A DNA stretch of 64,000 nucleotides, taken from Limnochordia bacterium (GTDB lineage: Bacteria > Bacillota > Limnochordia > DTU080). The position numbers were made by a program, and so were the translations under genes. The notes under the pieces are model-generated. The model did not search any database. It was not told the origin of the DNA and worked only from the letters and a program-made list of their open reading frames with translations. The stretch lies in the NCBI GenBank assembly GCA_050951545.1, contig JBMNJG010000005.1, positions 64,001 through 128,000 of the forward strand, written 5' to 3'. This document shows positions 9,032 through 18,526 of this stretch, piece by piece. Position 1 is the first letter of the stretch. Each line of letters opens with the position of its first letter.

Positions 9032-10432
9032 ATGCCATTGCCATCGTCAGATCACGCTGTTATCCAGATCCGTCACGTCTGCTTCTGTTACCCGCGGCAG
9101 ACCCGACACGCACTCTCTGACATTGACCTCTGTGTGGCAGCGGGCGAGCATGTGGTGGTGCTGGGCGCCTCCGGCAGTGGCAAATCTACGCTCCTGCGCT
9201 TGATAGCAGGTCTCCTACAGCCTCATTCGGGATCCATCGAGGTCCGTGCCAGAGTAGGGCTGGTCCTCCAAGATGCTGCCTCCCAGATAATCGGGGCTAC
9301 TGTAGAAGAAGACGTTGCCTTCGGTCCCCATAGCCTAGGCCTGCCAGCTAAGGACATTACTCAGCGCGTGAATTGGGCGTTGAGCGTAGTTGAGGCTGAG
9401 CATCTACGTGAGCGACGTCCGCAGACCCTGTCACGCGGTGAACTGCAACGCATCGCTGTGGCTGGGGTGATTGCCATGACGCCAGGCATCCTCTTGCTTG
9501 ATGAAGCCAGTGCATTCCTGGACGTGGGGGATACCACATGGTTGCGAGACGTGATCGCTGAGGCCCAAGGTCAGGGCGTGGCAGTCATCGAGGCTACTCA
9601 TTCGTTGACCGCCGCTCGTCACGCCGATCGGGTGCTTCTTCTCGAGGGAGGTCGCCTTCGGAGCACGGGTAGCCCCGTCGCGATCTTGTCAGACCACTCT
9701 GCCCTCGTGCAAGCGGGGGTGCAGTGCCGTCAGGATCAAGAGACGATCCCAGCCGGTCCCAGGCCAGATGCCTCACACCCCCCCGTGCTACGGCTGCAAC
9801 CGCCGTTAGTGCCTGACGCATTGGCATTAAGACCCGGCGAATGTCTGGCGATCGTGGGCCGCAGTGGCAGTGGCAAGACTACCTTGGCCCTCTCTCTACT
9901 CGGTCTTGACCCCAGTGGAGTGTCGCTGACGCGTAGAGCACCTACTGCATCTGCAGACAAGCGCCTGGCGGTGCTCTTCCAGGAGCCTGAGAAATACTTC
10001 TGGGCCGGTACCGTCGGAGAAGAGATCGGCATCGGCAGAATGAGCACGCACGAGAGGAGGCAGCTTCTGGCTCATTTGCGCCTGCCCCAGCAGTACATGG
10101 AGCGCCGCCCCACTGACCTGAGTGCGGGCGAGCAGCGGCGCACTGCGCTTGGCGCAGCGTTGGCCCACAAACCCCATATCCTCGTAGCAGACGAACCCAC
10201 TGCTGGGCTGGACGCCCCAGCACATCACCAAGTGATCCTCTTGCTGAACCGCTGGCTGGCCACCGGGGGCTGTCTCATCTTAGTGACCCGAGTGCGAAAG
10301 CATCTTCGTACGCTGGCCAACTACTGCGTCGTCATGCAGAACGCGCAAGCGATCTTCTGTGGCCCAGCATCGACGTGTCTGGAGGAATCGACGTTGCTGA
10401 TCACAGCAGGGCTCGAGGTGTCACCGCCATGA
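9032..10432 (+). CDS. ECF transporter ATPase with two fused ABC domains (EcfA-A')
   Basis: GASGSGKST, LSRGE, LLLDE, then GRSGSGKTT, LSAGE, VADEPT; ECF-typical TVEEDVAFG and FQEPE. Confidence 0.85.
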   Translation: MPLPSSDHAVIQIRHVCFCYPRQTRHALSDIDLCVAAGEHVVVLGASGSGKSTLLRLIAGLLQPHSGSIEVRARVGLVLQDAASQIIGATVEEDVAFGPHSLGLPAKDITQRVNWALSVVEAEHLRERRPQTLSRGELQRIAVAGVIAMTPGILLLDEASAFLDVGDTTWLRDVIAEAQGQGVAVIEATHSLTAARHADRVLLLEGGRLRSTGSPVAILSDHSALVQAGVQCRQDQETIPAGPRPDASHPPVLRLQPPLVPDALALRPGECLAIVGRSGSGKTTLALSLLGLDPSGVSLTRRAPTASADKRLAVLFQEPEKYFWAGTVGEEIGIGRMSTHERRQLLAHLRLPQQYMERRPTDLSAGEQRRTALGAALAHKPHILVADEPTAGLDAPAHHQVILLLNRWLATGGCLILVTRVRKHLRTLANYCVVMQNAQAIFCGPASTCLEESTLLITAGLEVSPP

Positions 10433-11205
10433 ACGCCCAACACCGCCGCCACTCCCCAGTTACGGTAGGCATGGATCCCCGAACAGGGCTACTTTTGTTC
10501 ATCATCGCTAGCAGCATCATCTACGCCACGCGACCTGCCGGAACCGTCTGGATGTGGGTTTGGCTAATATGCGCCCGCCTGGTGACACGCCAGCGCTCGC
10601 TGCAACTCAGCGACTTCCTCCCGCGTAGCGTGGCCCTACTCGCCTTCTTCAGTCTGATCACCCATGCGCTCTGGTCACCCGCTCCCTATCTCGTGGAGTG
10701 GGGCGTGATCCGCGTAAGCGCATCCGGAACAGCCCGCGGCGCTCTCTTGGCTGCACGCCTTCTGCTGACAGCTGCAGCCGCCAAGCTGCTCGCCGAGACC
10801 ACCTCACCCTTGGGGCTGGCCAGTGCGCTGCGCTGGCTCCTCCGCCCCCTGGAGTACATAGGCCTCTCCCTACCTGATCTGCCCATGTTGATGGCCATCG
10901 GCGCCCGGTTTGTGCCCGAGCTGCATTTGGATGCTCGCCGACTCGTGACCTTGTGGCGGCTGCGCCATACTGGAGATCAGCGCGCATCGCGCAAGCTCAC
11001 CCTAACCAGTATAGGGCACGAGCTGCTAGTTCCCTTGTTTCGACTCTCCTGGCGACGAGCTACTACCCTTGGCGAGGCCTTGGCTCTTCGCCACTACACC
11101 CCAAGAGGCCAGCCCACACTGCCCCCCTACAGACTTAGCGCTGCCGATCGTTGGGCCTGGGGCGGAACACTGGGGTTCTGCGTGCTGGCGTTTTTTGCCA
11201 GCTAG
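10429..11205 (+). CDS. ecfT: ECF transporter transmembrane component T
   Basis: MDPRT start motif, ETTSP..L..AL..LL.PL, IGARFVP; ATGA overlap with the ATPase stop. Confidence 0.85.
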   Translation: MNAQHRRHSPVTVGMDPRTGLLLFIIASSIIYATRPAGTVWMWVWLICARLVTRQRSLQLSDFLPRSVALLAFFSLITHALWSPAPYLVEWGVIRVSASGTARGALLAARLLLTAAAAKLLAETTSPLGLASALRWLLRPLEYIGLSLPDLPMLMAIGARFVPELHLDARRLVTLWRLRHTGDQRASRKLTLTSIGHELLVPLFRLSWRRATTLGEALALRHYTPRGQPTLPPYRLSAADRWAWGGTLGFCVLAFFAS

Positions 11206-11213
11206 AGGGCCTC

Positions 11214-12162
11214 CTACCCGCTCACGGCATCAACGTCAGGTTCCGCTTCTCCGGTGATGCGTACCACCACCCGATTGGGTACACAGATCACTGCTTGGCT
11301 TGGCCGCCGAATGCGACCCGTGTGCACGCAGATCTGATCTGGGCAATCTGATTCTACCACCGCCACACCACCATCACGAACGGACACCCTCATGCGGCCA
11401 GTCGCCAAAGGCACCTGGTAGGTCACATCGGTATCCAACGGCAACCTGGCCACCTGGCGCCCGTCCACACTGATCTCAACGTGCGTCCTGTGGACAGCAC
11501 CTTCATTCTGACGGAGTAGATTCTGTCTGAGCGGCAGCATAGCGCCTACCACAAACAGGACTAGAAAGATGCTGGCGACCAAACGATTTCCCCACAAACC
11601 AATGGACACCGCCATGCCTTCATCCCAGTGGTCCTCGCGCAGCAGAGGCAGCAAGACCCCTGCCAGATAGCCCACCACCGCCCCAGACGGTAAAGCCAGA
11701 AAAAGCAAGAACGGCCAATAGGCGATCACCGCTGGCTGGCGCACAAGCATGTAGGCCACTGCCAGCTGCCCCATGTTATGCGCCACTGCTCCCAATATGC
11801 TCACTGGTATGGTTGGCAAACGACCCTGACTAGCTACCACGGCGCTCCCCATGACAAAGACGCTGAGCACTGCCCCCACCAATCCAAACCAGAACGGAGG
11901 CCCCAGTAGAGCCCCCGTGAAACAACCCGCCCAACACTTGACGCAACACCGCTACCAACAGCCCCTCGCGCCAACCCCATGCGTAGATGGCCAGGATTGA
12001 GGCCAAGTTGGCCAGCCCCAGCCGGGCTCCCGGCAAGGGTAAGGAAGGCAGCTGTGCCTCAATCACGTGAAGCACAGCGGCTACAGAGAGAAGCAGACCA
12101 AGCCTTGCCGTACGCTGACAGTTAGCTAGCACCTGAGGGATACCATCGTCAGAGGTGTGCAA
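11214..12162 (-). CDS. Gx transporter (EetB-like ECF S-component) fused to NusG domain II; interrupted by a 1-nt frameshift at ~11920
   Basis: N-part LHVIEAQLP..PLPGARLGLAN; removing one T from TTGTTTCACG restores LFTGALLGPPFWFGLVGAVLS...SILGAVAHNMGQL; C-terminal SDCPDQICVHTG.I......ICVPN is the NusG-II signature. Confidence 0.8.
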
Positions 12163-13207
12163 CGAGCCCCTCCAATCCCGGAGTGACGCTCATCCGTAGC
12201 TGCTGATCGATGAACACGGCCTCTACGCCTGGCATGCTTTTCACTAACGCCCTTCCCTTTTCTGGCCCCAAGACGAAGGCTGCCGTAGAAAGCGCATCGG
12301 ACAACACCCCTGTGGGAGCGACGACGGTTGCGCTACACATCGCCGAGGATGAGTACCCAGTACGGGGGTCTAGGATATGGCTGTAACGCTGTCCCTCCCA
12401 GAAAAAGAAACGCTGGTAATCACCCGACGTCGCCACAGCTCTGCCGGAAATCGGCAAGACCGCGAAAACGTCGTCGAGCCGCCGCGGATGGCGCAACGCA
12501 ATGTGCCAGGGTGACCTGTTGGGTTTCGTACCGATAACCCGGATGTTGCCCCCCAGATCGAAGAGCGCGCTTTGCACACCCTGCGCCGATGCCAAGGTGA
12601 CAAGACGATCCAGCGCATAGCCCTTGGCGATGGCCCCCATATCAAGCTGCATACCCTGCGGAAGCCTCACCTGCTGCTTCAACCGATTGATACCGATCTT
12701 CTGGTAATTGACGTACCCCAGCTGCTGAGCAATGGCCTCAGCGCTGGGCGGACTATGGTCTGGGATCCGACCGTCACGCTCACGCAGCCCCCACAGGTCC
12801 ACGAGAGGGGCCACACTGGGGTCTAACGCTCCTTCGCTGCGTTCAGCGACATCGAGTGCGACCTCCAGTGCTGCGAAGAGATCCTCAGAAACCCTGACCC
12901 ATCCTGTCCCCGCCTGGGCGTTCAGCTGACTGATCTCAGATCCCTCTTTGAAGCGGTCAAACACCGTTTCGAGTCTGGCAAGCTCTTCCAGGCACATCTC
13001 GGCTACCTCGTTACCTTTTCTCCCATGGATGAGGAGCCGCACGTAGGTACCCATCGCAAAGCCCTGCCGCTCTACGGAGTCTGCGCCTACGCGGTCGTGC
13101 CGTGGGCTCGCCTTTGACGTTCGCCACGGGTTACCGGGGAGAAACCATGCGCCACATAGCACTCCCAGCAGTAAGACCGACAGCGCTACACGCCAGCGCT
13201 GAGTCAA
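12149..13207 (-). CDS. apbE: FAD:protein FMN transferase
   Basis: FAMGT, SEISQLN, LDMGAIAKGY, DLGGN, ATSGDYQR, HILDPRTG, DALSTA; TTG start overlaps the rnfB stop. Confidence 0.95.
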   Translation of the reverse strand: MTQRWRVALSVLLLGVLCGAWFLPGNPWRTSKASPRHDRVGADSVERQGFAMGTYVRLLIHGRKGNEVAEMCLEELARLETVFDRFKEGSEISQLNAQAGTGWVRVSEDLFAALEVALDVAERSEGALDPSVAPLVDLWGLRERDGRIPDHSPPSAEAIAQQLGYVNYQKIGINRLKQQVRLPQGMQLDMGAIAKGYALDRLVTLASAQGVQSALFDLGGNIRVIGTKPNRSPWHIALRHPRRLDDVFAVLPISGRAVATSGDYQRFFFWEGQRYSHILDPRTGYSSSAMCSATVVAPTGVLSDALSTAAFVLGPEKGRALVKSMPGVEAVFIDQQLRMSVTPGLEGLVAHL

Positions 13208-14025
13208 GCTGTGCCCTCGACGACGAAGGCGGCTCCAGCCGGCTTTATGCATTTCGTCGGGCACTTCACAGCACACTCCCCACAGCCCGTACACTTGCTT
13301 GCATCGATAACGGCCAGACCATCGATGACGTGCACCGCCTCGTAATGGCAAACGCGCTCGCAGGCGCGGCACCCGATGCATCCTTCCTGGCATACCGTGC
13401 GTGCAGTTCTGCCCTCTAGCGGGGAATTGCACCGAACGAAACTATGCTTGCCATCCTCCACCAGGCGAATGACGCCCCGCGGACACACCTCGGCACACTC
13501 GCCGCATCCCACACAAGCAGCGGTATCGACAATGGGCACCCCGCGCTCATCTTGCGTAAGAGCGCCAAACTGACAGGCCTGCACACAGGTACCAAACCCC
13601 AAGCAACCGTACACGCACGTGCGGTGTCCGCCCACCACCATGTGCGCTGCTCGGCAATCCTGCAGCCCCTCGTAATCCGCTCGGGGATCGAAGCTCAGAT
13701 TGCCACGGCAAGCGACGTGTGCCACCTGACGCTCTACAGGCGTCACTGTCATCTCTAGCGCATCGGCCACGCGCGCTGCAACCTCCGCCCCACCAGGGCT
13801 ACACGCATTGGCCGAGGCCTTACCTTCCAGCAGGGCCTGCGCAAGTCCTGAGCAGCCGGAGAACCCACAAGCCCCGCAGTTGTACCCGGGTAGAATGTTC
13901 GTGAGCAGCTCTATGCGCTCATCTGTATCAACCTGAAGCTTCTTGGCCGCGTAATACAAGCCACCAGCAAAAGCTACCCCCAAAGCTCCCATTGAGATAG
14001 CAGCGGCAGCAATGGATCCCGCCAC
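13204..14025 (-). CDS. rnfB: Rnf complex subunit B (polyferredoxin)
   Basis: LPGYNCGACGFSGC, CLGFGTCVQACQFGA and several CxxCxxCxxxCP motifs. Confidence 0.95.
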   Translation of the reverse strand: MAGSIAAAAISMGALGVAFAGGLYYAAKKLQVDTDERIELLTNILPGYNCGACGFSGCSGLAQALLEGKASANACSPGGAEVAARVADALEMTVTPVERQVAHVACRGNLSFDPRADYEGLQDCRAAHMVVGGHRTCVYGCLGFGTCVQACQFGALTQDERGVPIVDTAACVGCGECAEVCPRGVIRLVEDGKHSFVRCNSPLEGRTARTVCQEGCIGCRACERVCHYEAVHVIDGLAVIDASKCTGCGECAVKCPTKCIKPAGAAFVVEGTA

Positions 14026-14056
14026 GCCCAGTCACCTCTCTCCTTAGTTTCAACGA

Positions 14057-14638
14057 TTACATCGCTACCAAACCACTGAAACCCATAAAAGTCATCGCCA
14101 TGATGCCTGCTATCATTAACGACAAAGCAGGCCCTTGTACGCTAACTGGCACGTCTGAAAACCGCAGCTCCTGGCGAATCCCGGCCATCATGCACATTGC
14201 CAAGGCGAACCCAACACCGCCGCCCAACGCAAAGGTAAGGGAAGCGCCCAGAGTGTACTCCTGAGCCACTATCAGCAGAGCCAAACCCATGATGGCGCAG
14301 TTGGTGGTGATCAAAGGCAGATAGATGCCGAACGCTTCATAGAGCGTCGGGCTACTCTTTCGGAGAAAAAGCTCGAGCAACTGCACCAGAACCGCGATTA
14401 TAAGGATATACGCAGCGTACTGCAGATAAACCAAGCCCAAGGGGACAAGGATGAGATACTGCACCACCCACACGAGAATGGAGGTCAGTGAGAGCACGAA
14501 GGTCACCGCCACACCCATTCCGGCGGCTGATTTGAGTTCCCTAGTCACGCCCAAAAAGGGGCAGATCCCCAAGAAGCGGGTGAGGATGAAGTTGTTGACC
14601 AGAGCAGAACCGACGAACAGCAGCACTAATTCCGACAC
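14057..14638 (-). CDS. rnfA: Rnf complex subunit A
   Basis: LVNNFILTRFLGICPFLGV, GIYLPLITTNCA. Confidence 0.95.
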   Translation of the reverse strand: MSELVLLFVGSALVNNFILTRFLGICPFLGVTRELKSAAGMGVAVTFVLSLTSILVWVVQYLILVPLGLVYLQYAAYILIIAVLVQLLELFLRKSSPTLYEAFGIYLPLITTNCAIMGLALLIVAQEYTLGASLTFALGGGVGFALAMCMMAGIRQELRFSDVPVSVQGPALSLMIAGIMAMTFMGFSGLVAM

Positions 14639-14706
14639 ACAAATCCGCTCCTTTGAACATCGTTCCACGCTGCATCATCATTTGCGGGCAATCCGTGCCC
14701 AATAAC

Positions 14707-15351
14707 TTAGGCGACCTCTGCGACGGGCACACCCCGACCGACGGTCTTGGCTGCTGTTTTGCGGCGATTACGAATCACGTTAATAGCTGCAGTGATGGCC
14801 CCCATGGTCAGAAACGCCCCCGGGGGGGTGAGCATAATCTGCCAGGGCACGAAGCCAGCCGGCATCACCTGGAAACCCAGAATCGAGCCGGACCCCAGGA
14901 GTTCACGCAAGGCACTAATCAGCAATAGCGCCCAGGTATACCCCAGACCGTAACCCAATGCATCGGCAATCGAGCGCACTACCCCGTGCTTGGAGGCAAA
15001 GGCTTCGGCCCGCCCCAAAATGATGCAGTTCACCACGATCAAAGGGATGAAAAGGCCCAGAGTCTGGTGTATCGCAGGCACCGTGCCAGCCAGCACCAGA
15101 TCGACCACCGTCACCAGAGTGGCAATGACCACCGTGTAGATGGGAATGCGCACTTCCGAGGGCACCCAGCGCCGAATAACCGATATGACGATGTTGGACC
15201 CCAAAAGCACCGCAAGCACGGCCATACCCATGGTGAAACCGTACACCACGGCGGTGGTTACCGCCAATGACGGACATAAACCCATAGCCACGAAAAACGG
15301 CGGCGTCTGTTCACTGAAACCCTCACGGAAATCGTCCCACAACTCACGCAT
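14707..15351 (-). CDS. rnfE: Rnf complex subunit E
   Basis: GLCPSLAVTT, LFIPLIVVNCIILGRAEAFA, PPGAF. Confidence 0.95.
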   Translation of the reverse strand: MRELWDDFREGFSEQTPPFFVAMGLCPSLAVTTAVVYGFTMGMAVLAVLLGSNIVISVIRRWVPSEVRIPIYTVVIATLVTVVDLVLAGTVPAIHQTLGLFIPLIVVNCIILGRAEAFASKHGVVRSIADALGYGLGYTWALLLISALRELLGSGSILGFQVMPAGFVPWQIMLTPPGAFLTMGAITAAINVIRNRRKTAAKTVGRGVPVAEVA

Positions 15352-15394
15352 GGGCTTGAACCTCCCATAAACAGCTGTGTATGATGCTGGCCTA

Positions 15395-16945
15395 CTACTG
15401 ATTGCTAGGGGACGCTGCGGAAACACCGTCCATACCCAAGGCAGTCAGCACGGCCCGAGCGCTGTCACGCACCCCGTTGGCCACTGCCGCTGACGAAACC
15501 GTAGCACCAGCGATGCCATCCACATCGTTAGTCAGTGCAAAATCATCACTGATCCTCTTGCCTGAGAACTGGCCTAGGTAGTCAGGATCTGCGACTCTGC
15601 TGCCCAATCCTGCCGTCTCTGTGTGCGCCAACACCTGCACTCCGACCACGTGCGCTCCCTCGCCATCGAGACCCACGGCCAAGGTGATGTCACCCTGGAA
15701 CCCTGCAGGTTTGGTCACAAACACAATCCCCATTCGCTCCCCTGATTCATCTTTCACCAGGAAGACGGGGCTATTCACACGTTTGGGCAAGTGCTCTGAC
15801 AAATCAACGGGCTCAAACACCTCAGCCGCTGGAAACATGACCCGGAATCCCTCACCGATCTCCTGCTGACGTCGCAGCTCTATGCGAGGGTTCATAGCCG
15901 CGAAAAAGACGGCGAGAATGATGCCGGATACTGCCGAGACTGCCCCCATGGTCACGAGGATGCGCAGAAGAATCTTGTCGCCCTTTTCTTTCTCGGCCGC
16001 CTCACCAATGCTCTGCGTCTGCGGCTTGGGGCGACTGACGAGGTTGATCAGTGGGGTCACGGCATTCATAAACAGGATAGCAAAGGAGACGCCTTCCGGG
16101 TAGCTCCCCCATAGACGGATGATCATAGTCAAGAGTCCGATACCGACGCCAAAAAAAAGGCGCCCCCGGCGAGTGTAAGGCGATGTTACCCAGTCTGTAG
16201 CCATGAAAAACGCTCCCAAGAGGAGGCCACCGCTGAGCAGCTGGAACAGAGGGTCTGCTCCGACAAATAACGAGACCACCGCTACTGTTCCTAGTATCGA
16301 AGCTGGCACTCGCCAATCGATGATACCCCTGATCAACAGATAGAGTCCGCCCAAGAGCAACGCGACAGCAGAGGTCTCACCGAGACACCCTGCGTGCGTG
16401 CCTAGCAGATAACGCAAGCCATCCTGCCCCAGTGAAGTAGCGGTTGCCAAAGGCGTCGCAGAGCTGGCCGCGTCAAAGGGAGCAATCCAGCGGGTCATCA
16501 GATCAGGGAAACTGATGACAAGAAAGACACGCGCCACCAACGCCGGGTTAAACGGGTTGGCACCGAGACCGCCAAAGACCTGTTTCCCCAAAGCGATAGC
16601 GATAAACCCGCCCAAGAGACTCACCCAGATTGGGCTTGCGGGTGGTAGGGTAAGGGCCAGTAAGAGACCCGTCACGACCGCACTGAGATCACTGACCTGC
16701 ACGGGCTTACCCCGTAAACGCAGACACACTGCCTCGCCAGCCACCGCCCCTACCACACAGGCGACGATGACCTGAGCGGCCCCCCATCCAAACAGGAGTA
16801 CGGAGGCCACACTCGCTGGCAACAGAGAGACAAGTACCGTCAACATAACTCCGGACACGCTCTGCCCACAGTGGATGTGGGGCGCTGGGCGCAGCAGAAA
16901 GCGCTTTTCGCCCTCGCTGTTTTTTAGTGGAATAGCTGATGTCAC
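15395..16945 (-). CDS. rnfD: RnfD-RnfG fusion protein
   Basis: RnfD motifs (PAPHIH, FGGLGANPFNPAL, SSATPL, FFMATDWVTSP, YPEGVSFAILFMN) continue in frame into RnfG motifs (GFQGDI, HTETAGLG, DGIAGATVSS). Confidence 0.9.
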   Translation of the reverse strand: MTSAIPLKNSEGEKRFLLRPAPHIHCGQSVSGVMLTVLVSLLPASVASVLLFGWGAAQVIVACVVGAVAGEAVCLRLRGKPVQVSDLSAVVTGLLLALTLPPASPIWVSLLGGFIAIALGKQVFGGLGANPFNPALVARVFLVISFPDLMTRWIAPFDAASSATPLATATSLGQDGLRYLLGTHAGCLGETSAVALLLGGLYLLIRGIIDWRVPASILGTVAVVSLFVGADPLFQLLSGGLLLGAFFMATDWVTSPYTRRGRLFFGVGIGLLTMIIRLWGSYPEGVSFAILFMNAVTPLINLVSRPKPQTQSIGEAAEKEKGDKILLRILVTMGAVSAVSGIILAVFFAAMNPRIELRRQQEIGEGFRVMFPAAEVFEPVDLSEHLPKRVNSPVFLVKDESGERMGIVFVTKPAGFQGDITLAVGLDGEGAHVVGVQVLAHTETAGLGSRVADPDYLGQFSGKRISDDFALTNDVDGIAGATVSSAAVANGVRDSARAVLTALGMDGVSAASPSNQ

Positions 16946-16948
16946 GAT

Positions 16949-18289
16949 TTATGCCGCCCCTCCTGAAGTCTGTGATTTCGCACGAGCAGCCGCCTGTTCT
17001 CGCAGGATTTCGCCTTTCGCCAACTTGATCAGCGGCAGCAGTGGACGTCTACCGGGACAGCGATAGGTGCAGGTACCGCACTCGCAACACAGCATGGTTC
17101 CTGCGTCCTCAGCCTCATGCCACTCTTTGGCTTCCGCCAGCCGCGCCAGATGATACGGCTCCAAGCCCTCCGGGCACACATCGACGCACCCACCACAGCG
17201 CAGGCAAACCCCTTCGGTGAACTTGAGCACGTCCTCCTCCGCAAAGCCCAGCAGAGCACTTGATCCCTTGATTACTGGTACTTCGTCAGACGACGCGCTC
17301 TGCCCCATCATCGGACCACCGAGCACCAGTTGGCGCAGATTGTCGTGTCTGCCCACATGATCAAGCACATAACTGGCTGGCGTCCCTATGCTCACCCAGA
17401 GATTAGCTGCCCTCTTGACGCCGCTTCCAGCCACCGTCAATGCCCGAGTAATAAGAGGCTCACCATCGCGCAAGGCCCGGGTGACAGCGACCACTGTCGC
17501 CACGTTTTGCACGAGGCAACCGACCTCTGGGGGCAAACCTCGAGCCCGGAGCCGTCTACCCGTCACGCGCCTGATTAGAACGCCCTCGGCGCCTTGAGGG
17601 AATGCCGCTGGCACCACTACTACCTCTACATCAGGCAGACCAGCAGCAGCCTGTCGCAGCTTGGCTACTGCGTCGGGCTTGTTCGCTTCCACAGCGACCA
17701 GAACTCGCTTAGCGCCCACGACATGGCGAAGGGCCTCCCAGCCGTAGACCAACTCATCCGTGCATTCGAGCATCACCCTGTGATCGCACGTGAGATACGG
17801 CTCACACTCGCAGCCGTTGATGATCAGTGTGTCTACCGGCTCCCTGGGTGCCAGCTTGATTGAGGTAGGAAACATGGCCCCGCCCATGCCCACAATCCCC
17901 GCCTCTTGCACGCGTCTGCGAATGGCCTCCGGCGTCAACGAACGAGGGTCAGCGACCCCTTCCGCTCTGTCTGCATCTGTGTACTCCCCATCGTTTTCGA
18001 TAACAATCGCTTCGCCGTAGAAACCTGACGGGTGTAGCCTCGAAGCTACTGCCGTCACTTTCCCGGATACGGGACTGTGTATTGGGGCTCCCAAACCAAC
18101 TGGCTCGCCAATACACTGACCGCGTTCTACTAGATCGCCGCGCTTGACCAAAGCCTTCGCTGGCGCTCCCCGATGCTGTAATAGAGGGACGGTGACCACG
18201 GGTGGCGGCGCCAGTACCTCCAATGGGGAGCTGGCCCCATCTTTGTGATGGGCCATAGCCATGCCGCCCCGCACTCTATAGAGTCGCAT
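16949..18289 (-). CDS. rnfC: Rnf complex subunit C
   Basis: LLQHRGAPA, AGIVGMGGAMFP, NGCECEPYLTCD, GGPMMG, two 4Fe-4S motifs. Confidence 0.95.
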   Translation of the reverse strand: MRLYRVRGGMAMAHHKDGASSPLEVLAPPPVVTVPLLQHRGAPAKALVKRGDLVERGQCIGEPVGLGAPIHSPVSGKVTAVASRLHPSGFYGEAIVIENDGEYTDADRAEGVADPRSLTPEAIRRRVQEAGIVGMGGAMFPTSIKLAPREPVDTLIINGCECEPYLTCDHRVMLECTDELVYGWEALRHVVGAKRVLVAVEANKPDAVAKLRQAAAGLPDVEVVVVPAAFPQGAEGVLIRRVTGRRLRARGLPPEVGCLVQNVATVVAVTRALRDGEPLITRALTVAGSGVKRAANLWVSIGTPASYVLDHVGRHDNLRQLVLGGPMMGQSASSDEVPVIKGSSALLGFAEEDVLKFTEGVCLRCGGCVDVCPEGLEPYHLARLAEAKEWHEAEDAGTMLCCECGTCTYRCPGRRPLLPLIKLAKGEILREQAAARAKSQTSGGAA

Positions 18290-18443
18290 TAAACGCCTCC
18301 CTACTTCTTCATAAAGGCAACTCAACCAGCTAGCCGGTTGTCTGTCAAAAGGATTCGGGCACCTTGTCATTGTAACCCTACCACGGGACAAAGACAATCG
18401 TCACTCGTTACGGCCTCAGTACCTCACCTGCGGTTAGAACGAT

Positions 18444-18471
18444 GCAGGAATACGACCTGTGCAGGGGAAAC
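18444..18471 (+). promoter_or_regulatory. SigH-like promoter
   Basis: GCAGGAA...GGGAAAC with 21 nt from the start of AGGA to the start of GAA, as in sigma-H promoters; recurs elsewhere in the window. Confidence 0.5.
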
Positions 18472-18526
18472 CGTTGGTACAACCAAGACTGATAGCCCAC
18501 ATGCCCAAGGCAGGAGGCCCTTCGCA

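Noticed and set aside
13208-13432. Long N-terminal extensions in the ORF track (apbE; also 27004, 50666, 57564, 18397)
   Set aside because: They overlap upstream genes or promoters; downstream starts with an RBS and family-typical N-termini fit better.
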